From: a virus
Length of the DNA: 21,182 nt
UHGV virus genome: UHGV-0103843
Reading direction: 5' to 3' (one strand)
A model generated the notes under the pieces. The model saw only the letters and a program-made list of their open reading frames with translations. It searched no databases and was not told where the DNA came from. The position numbers were made by a program, and so were the translations under genes. This document shows, piece after piece, positions 10,020 through 20,200 of the stretch (its first letter is position 1; every line of letters starts with the position of its first letter).

Positions 10020-10112
10020 TGCCAGCATATTCACTGGCAGATAGTCGATATAGTCGGCGTTTCGAAAGTCTTTGCCGACACCTTTCATAAGCGGAAGTTG
10101 CTGAATCGGCAT
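10008..10112 (-). pseudogene. Displaced original 5' fragment of gene 10 (31 native codons, then ILI-stop)
   Basis: ATG overlaps the gp4 stop as TAATG, as expected for the native gene-10 start. Encodes [31 protein letters not shown], which matches the P22 gp10 N-terminus, then runs into a stop 3 codons into the inserted DNA. Confidence 0.8.
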
Positions 10113-10612
10113 TATTCGCTCCCGTTATCGCAAGGTTCCTTTCGGTGGAAGTAATTCCAACCGTTCCACTTCGCCAACTGGTTTCCACTGCCAACAGGCA
10201 TACGGTTTGGATAACCGGACTTACATTTAGCGGCTTTTGCTCTGTCCATTGCAGACAGTTTGACGAGTCGCTCTTTCCCGTATCTGGCAGTGGTTATAAG
10301 TTTTGCTGACGCTTCCAGCGCATAATCTGGAGCAATGCGGCAGGCAAGGTTGAAAATGACGGCATTTATAGCGTTATTTGATAATCCGTGCTCATCTCCC
10401 GGATCTGGAGCGACATCTGCATCAGCAAAAATGTAGCCAACGTTGATACCAGGTGACACATCACCGCCAAGCCATTCAGCCATCATCATTTCAAGGTCGT
10501 TGACGCCATCTTCCATGGACTGCGGTTCGACATCGGTTAACGTGGCATTTGATGCCACACCGAGCTTACGTAATGCCGCAAGAACTAAATCACCCTTCGT
10601 TGTCAGGTTCAT
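10112..10612 (-). CDS. 4: Head-completion / portal-closure protein, gp4 homolog
   Basis: 166 aa from the internal Met [33 protein letters not shown]...; same length and similar sequence to P22 gp4 as remembered. Confidence 0.85.
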   Translation of the reverse strand: MNLTTKGDLVLAALRKLGVASNATLTDVEPQSMEDGVNDLEMMMAEWLGGDVSPGINVGYIFADADVAPDPGDEHGLSNNAINAVIFNLACRIAPDYALEASAKLITTARYGKERLVKLSAMDRAKAAKCKSGYPNRMPVGSGNQLAKWNGWNYFHRKEPCDNGSE

Positions 10613-10820
10613 CTGCTGCCGCCTTAGGTTTTCGACCAGGCTTTTTACGCTGTTTTTCTTCTGGCTCTGGCTCTGCAACATCCTTCAGAAGATCATCAGG
10701 ATGTGCAAACCAGCCAGCATCCAGATATTCCTGAAGCTCTTCGGCTTTCACGATTTCAAAGTCGTATCCAACGCCTTTCCACTTCTTCATGTCTCCATGA
10801 CGAAAGATCATGTGTGTCAT
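10590..10820 (-). CDS. Small hypothetical protein between the coat gene and gene 4, with a charged low-complexity C-terminal tail
   Basis: ATG at 10820 preceded by GGAGACAAGC. 76 aa, [38 protein letters not shown]... ending [27 protein letters not shown]. Confidence 0.55.
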   Translation of the reverse strand: MTHMIFRHGDMKKWKGVGYDFEIVKAEELQEYLDAGWFAHPDDLLKDVAEPEPEEKQRKKPGRKPKAAADEPDNEG

Positions 10821-10832
10821 GCTTGTCTCCAG

Positions 10833-10856
10833 ATAAAAAAGGGAGCCGAAGCTCCC
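10833..10856 (-). terminator. Intrinsic terminator or attenuator immediately after the coat gene
   Basis: Minus strand GGGAGCTTCGGCTCCC followed by TTTTTTAT, about 9 nt after the coat stop codon. Confidence 0.7.
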
Positions 10857-10864
10857 TCTGGTTA

Positions 10865-12160
10865 TCACGCGGTCTGGTTAGGCAGACCAACACCAATTGC
10901 CTCTGGTCGTACAGCACATGCTGAATACCACACAGCAATACGGCACTTGCCAGACAGAGTGTTGATATCCCCCTGCGTTGCGAAGATGCCGTTAACACCA
11001 ATACCTGGAATGCTGAAGGAAGAAGTTTTCATGCCAGCAAACAGTTCATGGGTTACCGGAATCGGCTGAGACAGCAGGCGGATTGAGTCATCAGCCCAGA
11101 ACACGTTAGCGGTGGTTGTTGCCACGTTCAGAACGTTTACCGGAGTGGTATCAGCAAGAGAGGTGTTTACGTTAGCGTAAGCCTTCTCTTCTTTTGTCAG
11201 TGACGCGTCATCCAGCGCAATCGGCTTCGGCGTGATTTCGATGTGAGTACCATCTATCACACGGGTGATTGAGAAAGTCGCATCATCAGTCAGCACGTTC
11301 TTCGCCATCTGAGACAGGAATTTCACACCAGTGAAGCTGATTTTGTCGCCGCGCTTAAATCCGGTGGTGGAGGATACGGTCACCGTTGCAACACGGTTGT
11401 CGACGTTCTCTTTGTTACCATCGGTATCAAGGGTGTATGCCTGCGGCTTAAACTTCTGCGCACCAGAAACAGTTACACCAGTAGCGGTTGACTTGGTAAC
11501 TGCCGGAAGTTTCGGTGAGCGAAGAATTTCATCAAAGCCAGCAATCTGACGCTGAATAGTACCGTTACGATACGCTTCTTCAGGAACGCGCCCAAAGATG
11601 TCACCATCTACCAGGTTGCGGCCTGCTTTGCGGTAATCGTCAGGGTTCAGGAAGTAACTGATGCCCATATCGCGGTTTAGCTCACGGGAGAACATCAGGC
11701 GCTCTGCATCAGACACAAAATCCCAACCAGACAGGCCAGTAGATGGACCAATTGCGCGGGTATCGTGAACAACAAGTGAGCCCATTTCAGTTGCCTGTTT
11801 GGCAATTGCTGACTCAATGTTATTCGCCAGTTTTTTGGCGGATGCCTGGATGCGGCGACGGTAAGAACGCTCATCACGCAGATCATCTGCACGAAGCTCG
11901 AAGAAATCGTTATCCGGATCGCCCATGTTGCATTTCACGGAGAGTTCCAGAATCCCGGTTGCGTTGCCAGTTAAATCCCAGCCAGTCTGGGTTGGCGCTT
12001 CCTGCTCAACAGGCATCCACACGGTGTTGCTTGAACGCTGCATGGATTCTGCCGGAGGGGTGTATTTTGTCACTTTGGACGCCATTGGCGTCAGGTTCTG
12101 GACGGTTTCGATGATTTCATCCAGAGCATACGTGACCAGTTGACCTTCATTTAATGCCAT
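10865..12160 (-). CDS. 5: Major coat protein, gp5 homolog
   Basis: 431 aa, [20 protein letters not shown]... and ...[14 protein letters not shown]; colinear with P22 coat protein as remembered, with many substitutions. Confidence 0.95.
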   Translation of the reverse strand: MALNEGQLVTYALDEIIETVQNLTPMASKVTKYTPPAESMQRSSNTVWMPVEQEAPTQTGWDLTGNATGILELSVKCNMGDPDNDFFELRADDLRDERSYRRRIQASAKKLANNIESAIAKQATEMGSLVVHDTRAIGPSTGLSGWDFVSDAERLMFSRELNRDMGISYFLNPDDYRKAGRNLVDGDIFGRVPEEAYRNGTIQRQIAGFDEILRSPKLPAVTKSTATGVTVSGAQKFKPQAYTLDTDGNKENVDNRVATVTVSSTTGFKRGDKISFTGVKFLSQMAKNVLTDDATFSITRVIDGTHIEITPKPIALDDASLTKEEKAYANVNTSLADTTPVNVLNVATTTANVFWADDSIRLLSQPIPVTHELFAGMKTSSFSIPGIGVNGIFATQGDINTLSGKCRIAVWYSACAVRPEAIGVGLPNQTA

Positions 12161-13071
12161 TATCGAATTCCTTTATTCAGTTGCGCCTTAAGCTTGCGGT
12201 ACGTCTCTACATCCCCTTTGTTTGCTGCCGCTTCCATCTGCTTTTCAATCGCAGAGATATTTGCAGCAACAGCGTGCCCCTGAATGGGTTCATCAGGTAA
12301 CGGGGCTTCTGAAACAGGCTTGGCTCGAGGCTTGAGAGTTAAACGTTCTGACAGTCGAGTGAGTTCAATCAGCGCGGATTGCCCGTCCATCGCCAGCAAC
12401 TGGCGTGTTTTCTCAGGATTAGCACCAAGGTGATACATGAGAGCGGCGGATTTCTCCGGGAAGAGGCGCATGATGTCGGCACCGACTGCTGGCGGCACCA
12501 GTTGCATGAATGCATCCTCTTTCTCCTGATAGTCAGGGATATTGAGCTTTTCCGCTGCGTCGTAGTGCTTACGGGCTGCCTCGACGTATTGCGCTGATTG
12601 CTGGGTGAACTCCTGAGTTTTGCGACCCTGCTCGGCGACAGCCTGGCTTCGTGCGTCCATAGCCTTGATCTGCCATTCACTGTTTGCCTGCTGGAAGGCA
12701 GCCAGTGCGCGGCTCTGGTCATAGTCGTACTTAGCCAGTGCATCTTCGGAAAGATAATCGTTAGGGTCTGGTTGTTTTGGTAACTCAGGGTTCACCCGCA
12801 GGTGCTCCGGCAACTCTCCACGCTTAACCGCTTCCATCTGCTGCTCAAGCTCACGCTGGCGTTTGCGTTCAATGCGGCGACGGGCAAATTCAGCATTAGT
12901 TGCCGGGTCTTGTTTTGGTTTCTCATCGTCTTTCAGGACAATCTCGAAGCCTTCTTCCTGACCTGCGTTGTCGTTGGCATTATCGACAACTAAGCCATCA
13001 GCAGATGCCGCTGCATGATTGCCGGGCAGGGTTAATTCTTCAGAAGCCTGAATGTCGGTGGTTTGGTCCAT
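12160..13071 (-). CDS. 8: Scaffolding protein, gp8 homolog
   Basis: 303 aa (same length as P22 gp8). Central [40 protein letters not shown] and C-terminal [11 protein letters not shown] match P22 scaffold as remembered. Confidence 0.95.
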   Translation of the reverse strand: MDQTTDIQASEELTLPGNHAAASADGLVVDNANDNAGQEEGFEIVLKDDEKPKQDPATNAEFARRRIERKRQRELEQQMEAVKRGELPEHLRVNPELPKQPDPNDYLSEDALAKYDYDQSRALAAFQQANSEWQIKAMDARSQAVAEQGRKTQEFTQQSAQYVEAARKHYDAAEKLNIPDYQEKEDAFMQLVPPAVGADIMRLFPEKSAALMYHLGANPEKTRQLLAMDGQSALIELTRLSERLTLKPRAKPVSEAPLPDEPIQGHAVAANISAIEKQMEAAANKGDVETYRKLKAQLNKGIR

Positions 13072-13084
13072 GATTAACTCTCTC

Positions 13085-15250
13085 TTATTGAGGTGTCTCG
13101 GCTACTCCGCCGGAGGGGATTTGAACTTGACGCATAAGATTCGCGAAATCCATGCGTTGTGAATGAGTCTGGTCTGCATCTTTAAGAAGCAGCTCAGCGT
13201 TAGCACGAGCATCTTTGCTGCGCTGTTGCTGGAATTGACCTACGAGCTTGAGGTACTCACGCAGTTCTGCCTGCTTGTCGAGGTCCATATTGTTGAAGAT
13301 TTCTGCAATCTTCGCGGCGTTGAGTTGGTTTTGGGCTTCAACCTTGGCAGCTTCAACCTGAATCTGCGCCTGTTGGTTCTCTGCCTTGAGCAATTCAGCC
13401 TGACCTTGCAGAAGGATACCCTGCGCCTGAATTTGCTCTGCTGATGGCTGCTGCGGCTGTTGTTGTGCCTGCTGCACCATCTCCATCTCTTCAGGTGTTT
13501 CTGGTTTCTTCAGCCCCATCATCACCAGTTGCTTGTTCGCGTACTCTCGCATCATCTCGACGCCTTTACCGTCAAGCAGCGTGAAGTATTGCAGCATCAG
13601 CATCTGGAACTCTGGAGTACCTTGCGGAACCTTGGTGAGTAACTCCTGAATCTCTGCGCGGTTCTGTTCCTTCATACTCTGGAAGGATGGTCCAACGTCT
13701 GTATAGCACTCATAGCGACCGCGAATGTCGTTGAGTGTGACCACATTGCCAGACTGGTAATCTACAACTTGCGCATAGAGTTGAATGTCTTTCTCGCTTC
13801 CATCTTCAAGTGTCAGCGTTACATGGCGAGGAACGTCATAAATATCGTTGACCATTGAGGCATAAATCTCGCCATCACGTCGCATTGCGGTAGCCAGGTT
13901 ATCCTGAAACACGTATGTCTCAAGGTCTGCCCGCATGTTCAGTTGATTGACGGTATCGAAAGCGACCTGACCATTTGCCTCCTGCGCATCCACGCCAAGA
14001 CTAGCCACCTCTTTCACTGCGTTGGTGGCAGCCTCAAGCATGTAAGCGTTGGCTTGCGGCACTTCAGGGTTTTCCATGTAGGAGATTGGACCAATCGGCA
14101 GGTCGTTACCGTTTTCATCGGTCCTGTTCTGCAGATAGTACGGATAGTCATCATTTCCACCGTACATGTATTCGTAGCCTTCGATTTGCTCAGGGAAGAA
14201 GGTAGGTTTCTTCTTCGGTGAACGAGCAACAATATCGGCGTTGAACGACATGATCATGTTACGAAGGCGTTGACCGTCTTTCGTCAGCCTTACCACTCCT
14301 TCGTAGCACTCCTTGTCACCAGCGAATGACCATTCGCCATACACTGGAACGATTGGAATATGCTCTCCGGCTATCTTCTCGCGGTCTTTCAGTATCTGCG
14401 TGCAGGTGATGATCGACTTATACACACGCCGACGCTTCAACTTGCGCTCTGCTACCTTAATGAATCCACGATTAGCCAGGTCGTCGATGACGTCTTTGAT
14501 ATCCTGCTGGTAATAGCTGACCGGCTCACCTGTCAGCGGGTCGCGGTAGATGAAGACTTTCTCTTTCTTCTCTTCTACCTCGTAATACTCAGCGACGTAG
14601 ACGACATCATTCGATACCCACGGAAACAGCCATGTGTCGTTCGGATTCTGGAAAGATGGCAGGGTGTCCGGATCAATACCGTAATCCTCTGCGAACTCTT
14701 TCCAGCCATTGCGTGACAAAGCGTTAATCACCGTGCAGTGCTTAGCGTCGCTCTTATCCATCTGCTTGCTGTTGGCGTCCCATATGACGTGTGAGCAGGC
14801 TTCATGGATTGGCAGGCGTCGGATTACCTGATTGTTGCTTGTTGGGTCGTTGTCTTCGTACTGTGTGACCAGACGCCATGCACCAACGCCGGACTCTATC
14901 TGCTCACGAACGCCAACGTTAACGGCAATCTTTGCCGTGTTATGGCGCATATCAGTACGATACATCCCCATCAACACATCGGCTGCCTCAGGATTAGCGC
15001 CGTCTTTGGGTCGGAAGAGAACGTCGATAGGGTTCCGGCGCATCTCTGCGACCAGTTTCCTGACCACTGGGCGGACAACATCGAATTGTCCGCGATATTG
15101 CAGGGTGGTGTAGTTTGATAGCCAGTCATCCCATTGCGACACTCGGCTAAAATACAGGTCATTTGTCGCCTCGGTTCTGGCTTCATCGCTCGCCATCCAG
15201 TCCGCGTCAAACTTACACAGAATGGAATTGAGTCTGTTTTCGTCGGCCAT
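13085..15250 (-). CDS. 1: Portal protein, gp1 homolog
   Basis: 721 aa directly after the terminase large subunit (TAA followed by ATG), with a long Gln-rich coiled-coil C-terminal barrel region as in P22 portal. Confidence 0.9.
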   Translation of the reverse strand: MADENRLNSILCKFDADWMASDEARTEATNDLYFSRVSQWDDWLSNYTTLQYRGQFDVVRPVVRKLVAEMRRNPIDVLFRPKDGANPEAADVLMGMYRTDMRHNTAKIAVNVGVREQIESGVGAWRLVTQYEDNDPTSNNQVIRRLPIHEACSHVIWDANSKQMDKSDAKHCTVINALSRNGWKEFAEDYGIDPDTLPSFQNPNDTWLFPWVSNDVVYVAEYYEVEEKKEKVFIYRDPLTGEPVSYYQQDIKDVIDDLANRGFIKVAERKLKRRRVYKSIITCTQILKDREKIAGEHIPIVPVYGEWSFAGDKECYEGVVRLTKDGQRLRNMIMSFNADIVARSPKKKPTFFPEQIEGYEYMYGGNDDYPYYLQNRTDENGNDLPIGPISYMENPEVPQANAYMLEAATNAVKEVASLGVDAQEANGQVAFDTVNQLNMRADLETYVFQDNLATAMRRDGEIYASMVNDIYDVPRHVTLTLEDGSEKDIQLYAQVVDYQSGNVVTLNDIRGRYECYTDVGPSFQSMKEQNRAEIQELLTKVPQGTPEFQMLMLQYFTLLDGKGVEMMREYANKQLVMMGLKKPETPEEMEMVQQAQQQPQQPSAEQIQAQGILLQGQAELLKAENQQAQIQVEAAKVEAQNQLNAAKIAEIFNNMDLDKQAELREYLKLVGQFQQQRSKDARANAELLLKDADQTHSQRMDFANLMRQVQIPSGGVAETPQ

Positions 15251-16750
15251 TTAAGTTCTCCGTGCGATGGGCCTGATTGGGGCTGGTATCTTTTTCTCTT
15301 TTGGTTTTTTGATGTCGCGCATCATTTTTGCGAAGCGGCGCATCATGTATGCATAGCGAACGGCTGAGAGAACGTCGTCGTTAAGCTTGACGATTTTCCC
15401 GTTTTCATCACGGTGATAGAGGCGGAACTCCTCAAAGAATGGCTCACAGGTGTTGAATACTTTGAAGCGACCATCGAGCATCATGTCGCGCAATTCAGTG
15501 ATGCCAGGCTCAACAGCATTACCGCCATCAGGCCATGTCGCATGCTCCTGTAACATCATAAATCCAGCGTCTGCATACTGCCCTTTGAGCTGCTCACCGC
15601 CGCCCTTCTCATGCTGGTTTCCGTCATGAGGCCATGCGGTTGGCACTTTATGCGCCCATGATTTAACAGCCCCCCATGCCTGAACAGCTGTTTTTTCTTT
15701 CGCCTTCCACACGCGTGAAACGTAGATTGTGTCTGCGTCCTTATCCCACCAAAGCTGAACCTGAGCCTGTGGGTGATCCCATCCGAAATCCATCCCGCCA
15801 ATCACGTAGAAGTGATCAGGACACTCGAACGGCTGACACTTAATAGTCTCTTCCGGTATCTGGAAGATTCGACCACTACCCATCGTAGGAATACCGCGAG
15901 CACGCGCCTCTCTCTCATGCTCAGGATAAGATGCGATGATTTGCTCTTTCTGTTCGTCTGTGTAGTGCTCAGCGTCGTAGATGGTCATGTTGACCACTTT
16001 CTGCGACTTGCTGGGATTCTTCAGGAACTTGGTAACAACGTCAGACATCCCCATCAGCGGGGTAAACGTCAGAATTGAGAATTGACCGTATTTGTTGGTA
16101 CGGGTAAGACCTTCGCCATAAATGCTGTATGGTGGCTCTTCGTCAAACCACACGCCGTGGATTGTGTCACCCTGCCAGCGAGCACGGCCTTGCGAGTATG
16201 GTTTGAAGTAGCAGATTGAAATGCCATCTTCAACGCCATCAGCCGTGTGATGCTTAACCAGAAGGTGATCAACAAGGTTCGGAAAGAAAGGAGACTTCTT
16301 CCAGCTAATGATGTCATCTTTCGGTATTGAACCGTAGCCCGGTTCATCATTCTCTTCAATACGACCGCACAGGATGCGTTGAGTCGTTTTGGTTACCGTC
16401 TCGTTTGTCTCGCCGCCAATCCAGAAGACAACAGGCTCATAGAAACGCCTACCTTTCCACTCACCGCCATATTTACCATCAGCAGGATAGCCTTTTGTGC
16501 CCGGATAACGCCCGGTAAGGTGAAACGCGACTTCAGCAGCACCAGTAAATGACTTACCAATCTGGTTACCAGCCATAAAACAGCGCTCTGGATAGTCATG
16601 CCCGGCGTCGATGAACTCACGCTGTTTGCTGTATGGCGTAAATTCATATAGCAGGTGTGTGTTCCGGTAGTTCTCTTCTTCTTCGAGTAGCTCGAGCAAT
16701 TCGATTTGCTCTTCGTCGCTCAGGTTATCAAGAATCGCGTCCAGTTCCAC
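15251..16750 (-). CDS. 2: Terminase large subunit, gp2 homolog
   Basis: 499 aa (same length as P22 gp2). Its 5' end overlaps the 3' end of gene 3 by 23 nt, as in P22. Confidence 0.9.
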   Translation of the reverse strand: MELDAILDNLSDEEQIELLELLEEEENYRNTHLLYEFTPYSKQREFIDAGHDYPERCFMAGNQIGKSFTGAAEVAFHLTGRYPGTKGYPADGKYGGEWKGRRFYEPVVFWIGGETNETVTKTTQRILCGRIEENDEPGYGSIPKDDIISWKKSPFFPNLVDHLLVKHHTADGVEDGISICYFKPYSQGRARWQGDTIHGVWFDEEPPYSIYGEGLTRTNKYGQFSILTFTPLMGMSDVVTKFLKNPSKSQKVVNMTIYDAEHYTDEQKEQIIASYPEHEREARARGIPTMGSGRIFQIPEETIKCQPFECPDHFYVIGGMDFGWDHPQAQVQLWWDKDADTIYVSRVWKAKEKTAVQAWGAVKSWAHKVPTAWPHDGNQHEKGGGEQLKGQYADAGFMMLQEHATWPDGGNAVEPGITELRDMMLDGRFKVFNTCEPFFEEFRLYHRDENGKIVKLNDDVLSAVRYAYMMRRFAKMMRDIKKPKEKKIPAPIRPIARRT

Positions 16751-17216
16751 GGTTGAATAGCTCCTTGATACGAGAGCGTCGCTTATCGCGATCTCCCTTA
16801 TCAGGTGTCACGTCTTCAACTTGCGACTGCTCTTTGAGGCCCAAATCACGGGCGATGATGTTAGCGTTGAGAAGGTCAGCGGCTGCGCCAGAGAATTTCT
16901 GGTCGTAGATGACCTGCTCTGCTCGCGTAACGACTTCAGATAAATCTTCTCGCAGGCGATATGTGCGCCATGTTTCAAGCGTCACATCAATGAAAAGAGT
17001 GAGGCCTGTAATGGTCATCGCTCGCATCTTGGCGATAGGCTCTTGTATCACTTCACCCTGATACGAGAACGCCTTCATCTCCCATAGCGGGTTAGCTTCC
17101 ACCCACTCGAAGTATTCACAACAAGCAGCCCACAGCGCCTCAGGCGATTCGAATTTAGGATTTCGCCCATGACTACTGCGGGCCTCCCAAAATCGGTTGC
17201 CCTTTGGTGCTGCCAT
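16728..17216 (-). CDS. 3: Terminase small subunit, gp3 homolog
   Basis: 162 aa, [45 protein letters not shown]...; matches P22 gp3 as remembered and contains the pac sequence. Confidence 0.9.
   Translation of the reverse strand: MAAPKGNRFWEARSSHGRNPKFESPEALWAACCEYFEWVEANPLWEMKAFSYQGEVIQEPIAKMRAMTITGLTLFIDVTLETWRTYRLREDLSEVVTRAEQVIYDQKFSGAAADLLNANIIARDLGLKEQSQVEDVTPDKGDRDKRRSRIKELFNRGTGRDS
16928..16949 (-). other. pac site (headful packaging recognition sequence) inside gene 3
   Basis: Minus strand reads GAAGATTTATCTGAAGTCGTTA, the 22-bp P22 pac sequence as I remember it, encoding ...EDLSEVVT... of the small terminase. Confidence 0.75.
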
Positions 17217-17221
17217 ATTGA

Positions 17222-17710
17222 TTATTTCCCTTCTGCTTGCTTCCCAGTGGTGAACGAATCAACGCTGCCGCCGGAATAGCAGTCAAGATCAATTGCGACT
17301 TGTACCGCTTCTCTCGCATTTTTGCCACAGTGCATGGCAGTGCGAGCAATCAGCCCACCACTACCAATGGCGTATGGTTCAACCTGTGGCGAAATACTCG
17401 CCCGCGTTTCGCCTTTCTCTTTTGAGATGATGTAAGCACGACCAGCACCGATGATAGCAAGCGCTGTGAAAGAGAATGTCGGGAGAAATTCTGATGCATA
17501 CGTCAGGTTGTTCTTAAGCAGTTCCTGCAATTCCATCTCCGCGCCGCAATCACCAGAACAACCTAATGCAACCACTTTACTGCCGCAAACCTCCCACCCA
17601 GATTCTGGCGGTGTGTAAATCTTTTGTTCTGTATACGAACACACAACATCACCAGATGTTGCCTGGGTGTCAGATGCCAGGGTCTTTCCATCCCATGCAA
17701 TAGTGGTCAT
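17222..17710 (-). CDS. HslV-like / proteasome beta-type Ntn-hydrolase peptidase (phage cargo)
   Basis: 162 aa beginning [21 protein letters not shown] (Thr exposed after Met removal), an internal Lys near position 30, and the motif [12 protein letters not shown]. Pattern resembles HslV as remembered. Stop lies 5 nt before the gene 3 start. Confidence 0.6.
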   Translation of the reverse strand: MTTIAWDGKTLASDTQATSGDVVCSYTEQKIYTPPESGWEVCGSKVVALGCSGDCGAEMELQELLKNNLTYASEFLPTFSFTALAIIGAGRAYIISKEKGETRASISPQVEPYAIGSGGLIARTAMHCGKNAREAVQVAIDLDCYSGGSVDSFTTGKQAEGK

Positions 17711-17711
17711 A

Positions 17712-17954
17712 TCATGCTCCGGTGGTGAACAGGTCTAACGCTTCCTTCGATTTACGCACCGCTTCGATAGTGCGGGTCGTGATATCTGAATTAGCGCCGC
17801 CTGACTGGAAGTGAATTTTAAATAGCTCAAGCTTCAGCTCGTCAGTGCCAATGAATTGAAATGCTTCCTCTGCGGCTGCGTTCTGGTTCATGACCAGTTT
17901 GTAAATCTCTAACTGGAATTTCTGTTCTTCAGTCATGGGAATAATCTCTGCCAT
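17712..17954 (-). CDS. Small hypothetical protein translationally coupled to the HslV-like gene
   Basis: 80 aa, GGAG ribosome-binding site. Its stop TGA is 1 nt from the ATG of the peptidase gene. Confidence 0.5.
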   Translation of the reverse strand: MAEIIPMTEEQKFQLEIYKLVMNQNAAAEEAFQFIGTDELKLELFKIHFQSGGANSDITTRTIEAVRKSKEALDLFTTGA

Positions 17955-18057
17955 TGTTGGCTCCGTTTATCCGTTAAAAGGGATATCAGTTAATTTATCC
18001 CGTGTAGGGTATAAGCCATTATCAAAGCCACTCTGTAGGGAATGGCTTTTGTAATAA

Positions 18058-18419
18058 CTACTGTTCGCTTAGCTTCTGCTTCAGCAAGTAACCTTCCAGC
18101 ATCCAGATTTTATTCACCGCATTTTCGCGGGCGATCTTACGCCCGATCTCCTGGTCAAAGTTCTCCGGGCTGGCGCACGCAGACTCGCCGGTTACGGTAA
18201 AGCCGTTCTCCAGCACAAGAACGCAGAAGGTCAGCAGTTCGAGTGATTGCGGGCCGGTTCAGGCTCTTCCTGCTTCAGCCACAACGGTGAGCTGCGATAT
18301 CCGTCCGCGCCGGTAAAGTAAAACTCGCCTGAGATAACAGCTTCAATGCGTTCCGGGGTAACACGCGCGGCCGTTTTGCCTTTCTCAACGATTTCTTTTT
18401 CGATTTGCTGTTCGTTCAT
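18058..18419 (-). pseudogene. Frameshifted hypothetical phage gene
   Basis: Reading frame opens at the ATG at 18419 (MNEQQIEKEIVEKGKTAARVTPERIEAVISGEFYFTGADG...) and hits a stop at 18231. A different frame continues with clean coding character (LLTFCVLVLENGFTVTGESACASPENFDQEIGRKIARENAVNKIWMLEGYLLKQKLSEQ) to a stop at 18058. Confidence 0.45.
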
Positions 18420-18701
18420 AATTATGACCCTGTGGAGTGGTTGCTTGATTAGGATGTCTTTCCATCAGTCCGCCACCACAAAGAATCTTTTTTGCCATAA
18501 GGCAGGAGGTTCATCTTTCAGTGGCTGCCAGTGTTATTTCCCCACTTACTGGCTTGGGTTGCTTCGTGGCACTGCCGTAACTGGTGGTGCACAGATTTAG
18601 TTAAATCTGTTCTCGCCTGAACTATCTTTTACATACCCGGATTGTGGGGTGTAAATCACGGTTTCATTATCAAGCCCACCCGTAGATGTGCTTTGGAATG
18701 G

Positions 18702-18902
18702 CTACTGGCGGTCATTATGCTCGTAACGAGATACCGTCTTCCCGTTCTGGTTCATCACGTAGGCGACCTCGCCAGGTTTCAGGAATACATTTTTGTCCAT
18801 TCCCGATACCGCGATGCTCTGCTGCCCCGGATTGAACCCTACACTCAACCCGCAATGAATCTCTTCACCGCCACCTGGCGACATTACTTTTACTGTTAAC
18901 AT
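18702..18902 (-). CDS. Small hypothetical protein
   Basis: 66 aa with a strong AGGAGAAG ribosome-binding site, just downstream of the post-Rz terminator. Confidence 0.5.
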   Translation of the reverse strand: MLTVKVMSPGGGEEIHCGLSVGFNPGQQSIAVSGMDKNVFLKPGEVAYVMNQNGKTVSRYEHNDRQ

Positions 18903-18926
18903 GCTTCTTCTCCTGCTTCTTCTGGG

Positions 18927-18953
18927 AATAAAAAAGCCCGACAGAAGTCAGGC
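18927..18953 (-). terminator. Intrinsic terminator after the lysis cassette
   Basis: Minus strand GCCTGAC-TTCT-GTCGGGC (7-bp stem including one G-U pair) followed by TTTTTTATT, about 20 nt after the Rz stop. Confidence 0.55.
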
Positions 18954-18973
18954 TCTGTTATTTGGGTGACGAA

Positions 18974-19447
18974 TCACTTAAGACACTGCTCTTTGATGTA
19001 GTCCTGCATGCCGCGAATCATTTTGTCAGCGGTTGCGATTCCGTCCCGGTGATCGAAATAATTCCGTCGAGCGTCTGGAGTAAGTTCGGGGGCTCCTGCA
19101 TCATCCACGCCGGTGGAGGAGGTGGCTTTTGGCACTCCAGGGCAGGTTGCGGCGATGCGCAGCCGTTTAGCGCCAGAATCGACATCACGACGCAAATCGT
19201 TAATGGTCTTTTTCGCATCGGACAATTCCTTCGTGTATTTGGCATCCAGTGCAGCGACATCACGCTGGCGGGTCTGCATGTCTTTAATGGTGGCGGTCGC
19301 CAGGAGGAGTTTCTCAGTGGCCTTATCGCGCTGGTCTCTGTAAGTGATGGCGTTGTCGCGGTAGTGGTTCACGAAGAAAGCCAGTGCGCCGATTAACGCC
19401 AGCACCAGCAACTGCAGCCAGTAACGCTTAACCAGTGCGCTAATCAT
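18974..19447 (-). CDS. 15: i-spanin Rz
   Basis: 157 aa with an N-terminal transmembrane helix ([15 protein letters not shown]) and a coiled-coil periplasmic domain. ATG overlaps the endolysin stop as ATGA. Contains an embedded Rz1 frame. Confidence 0.85.
   Translation of the reverse strand: MISALVKRYWLQLLVLALIGALAFFVNHYRDNAITYRDQRDKATEKLLLATATIKDMQTRQRDVAALDAKYTKELSDAKKTINDLRRDVDSGAKRLRIAATCPGVPKATSSTGVDDAGAPELTPDARRNYFDHRDGIATADKMIRGMQDYIKEQCLK
19018..19218 (-). CDS. o-spanin Rz1 (lipoprotein embedded in the +1 frame of Rz)
   Basis: 66 aa from [20 protein letters not shown] (lipobox-like LNGC), followed by a Pro-rich segment [16 protein letters not shown] that resembles lambda Rz1. GAAGGAA ribosome-binding site. 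Confidence 0.75.
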   Translation of the reverse strand: MRKRPLTICVVMSILALNGCASPQPALECQKPPPPPAWMMQEPPNLLQTLDGIISITGTESQPLTK

Positions 19448-19893
19448 GACAGGAACAGAGCTCGCTCTGCCTTGCGGCGATTCGTGAGCCCCGGCATCAC
19501 CTTTCCGCCTGATTTATTCCAGCGCAGAAATTCATCTGCCGCGCCTTTTATATCGCCAGCATTCAGCTTTTTCAGCAGTGTAGATGTGGAAAGAGCACGC
19601 GACCCAACGTTGTAAGCGAACGACACCAGTGCGTCGAACTGGCCTTGTGTCAGCTTCACCCTGACAACTTTCAGCACGTCATTCTCATAACCAACAAGCC
19701 CTGTTTTCAGAAGCCTGTCAGCGGTTTGCTGGTCGATAGTCATACCGCGCTTTACTGGCTTTCCGTCAACCGGATGGGTCCAGCCATAGCCGATGGTCCA
19801 CGGCGCATCTCCCGTTCCGGGGTCTGGGTAAGCAGTCAGCCGACAACCTTCAAATTTTTTTATCAGAGCAATTCCGTCAGGACTGGTTTGCAT
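19444..19893 (-). CDS. 19: Endolysin, GH24 (T4-lysozyme-like) family
   Basis: From the internal Met [39 protein letters not shown], carrying the Glu / Asp / Thr catalytic pattern of phage lysozymes. C-terminus ...[11 protein letters not shown] matches P22 gp19. GGGAG ribosome-binding site; start overlaps the holin 3' end. The track start at 19965 would overlap the holin by 89 nt, so the 19893 start is preferred. Confidence 0.85.
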   Translation of the reverse strand: MQTSPDGIALIKKFEGCRLTAYPDPGTGDAPWTIGYGWTHPVDGKPVKRGMTIDQQTADRLLKTGLVGYENDVLKVVRVKLTQGQFDALVSFAYNVGSRALSTSTLLKKLNAGDIKGAADEFLRWNKSGGKVMPGLTNRRKAERALFLS

Positions 19894-20200
19894 CGTCAAC
19901 TCCCGCCTTTTTTGCTGCAAGTTTTTTAATAAGATTGCCGATCGAATCGGTGCCGATGTATCCAATAAAGACGCTGGCTATGTAGGCGAGGTTGCTGCTC
20001 AGGCCGATAAAGTCCAGAAGGTCACGAACGAACCAGGCAATCATCGCGCACATCAGCGCATCAATTAGCGTTTTTGTTACCGCGCCGCCGTTATAGCGAC
20101 CACGCAGATACGCCATGATAAAAGCCAGCATTGCACCAATACCCTGCTCCTTGGCGGCAAGTAGCGCAGCGATGAAATCTTGTTTGTATGGCATTTTCAT
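19877..20200 (-). CDS. 13: Class I holin (lambda S / P22 gp13-like) with a dual-start motif
   Basis: From [39 protein letters not shown]...; close to P22/lambda holin as remembered. Strong GGAGGTGA ribosome-binding site. Met1-Lys2-Met3 dual start. The track start at 20278 is a TTG well upstream. Confidence 0.9.
   Translation of the reverse strand: MKMPYKQDFIAALLAAKEQGIGAMLAFIMAYLRGRYNGGAVTKTLIDALMCAMIAWFVRDLLDFIGLSSNLAYIASVFIGYIGTDSIGNLIKKLAAKKAGVDDANQS

Noticed and set aside
10443-11069. 208-aa plus-strand ORF, the longest plus-strand ORF in the structural region
   Set aside because: Lies antisense to the well-supported gene 4, small ORF and coat gene, crosses the coat terminator, and has no ribosome-binding site or recognisable product. 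Taken as a chance open frame.
12369-12743. 124-aa minus-strand ORF inside the scaffold gene
   Set aside because: Out-of-frame overlap with the scaffold gene; Arg/Ser-rich translation typical of an alternative frame in GC-rich coding DNA.
15556-16647. Three 80-96 aa minus-strand ORFs and one 101-aa plus-strand ORF inside the terminase large-subunit gene
   Set aside because: All are alternative frames of a 499-aa gene with a clear homolog; none has start signals.
19894-19965. Upstream start for the endolysin at 19965
   Set aside because: Would overlap the holin by 89 nt and adds a non-conserved N-terminal extension. The ATG at 19893 has a GGGAG site and gives the expected length of about 149 aa.
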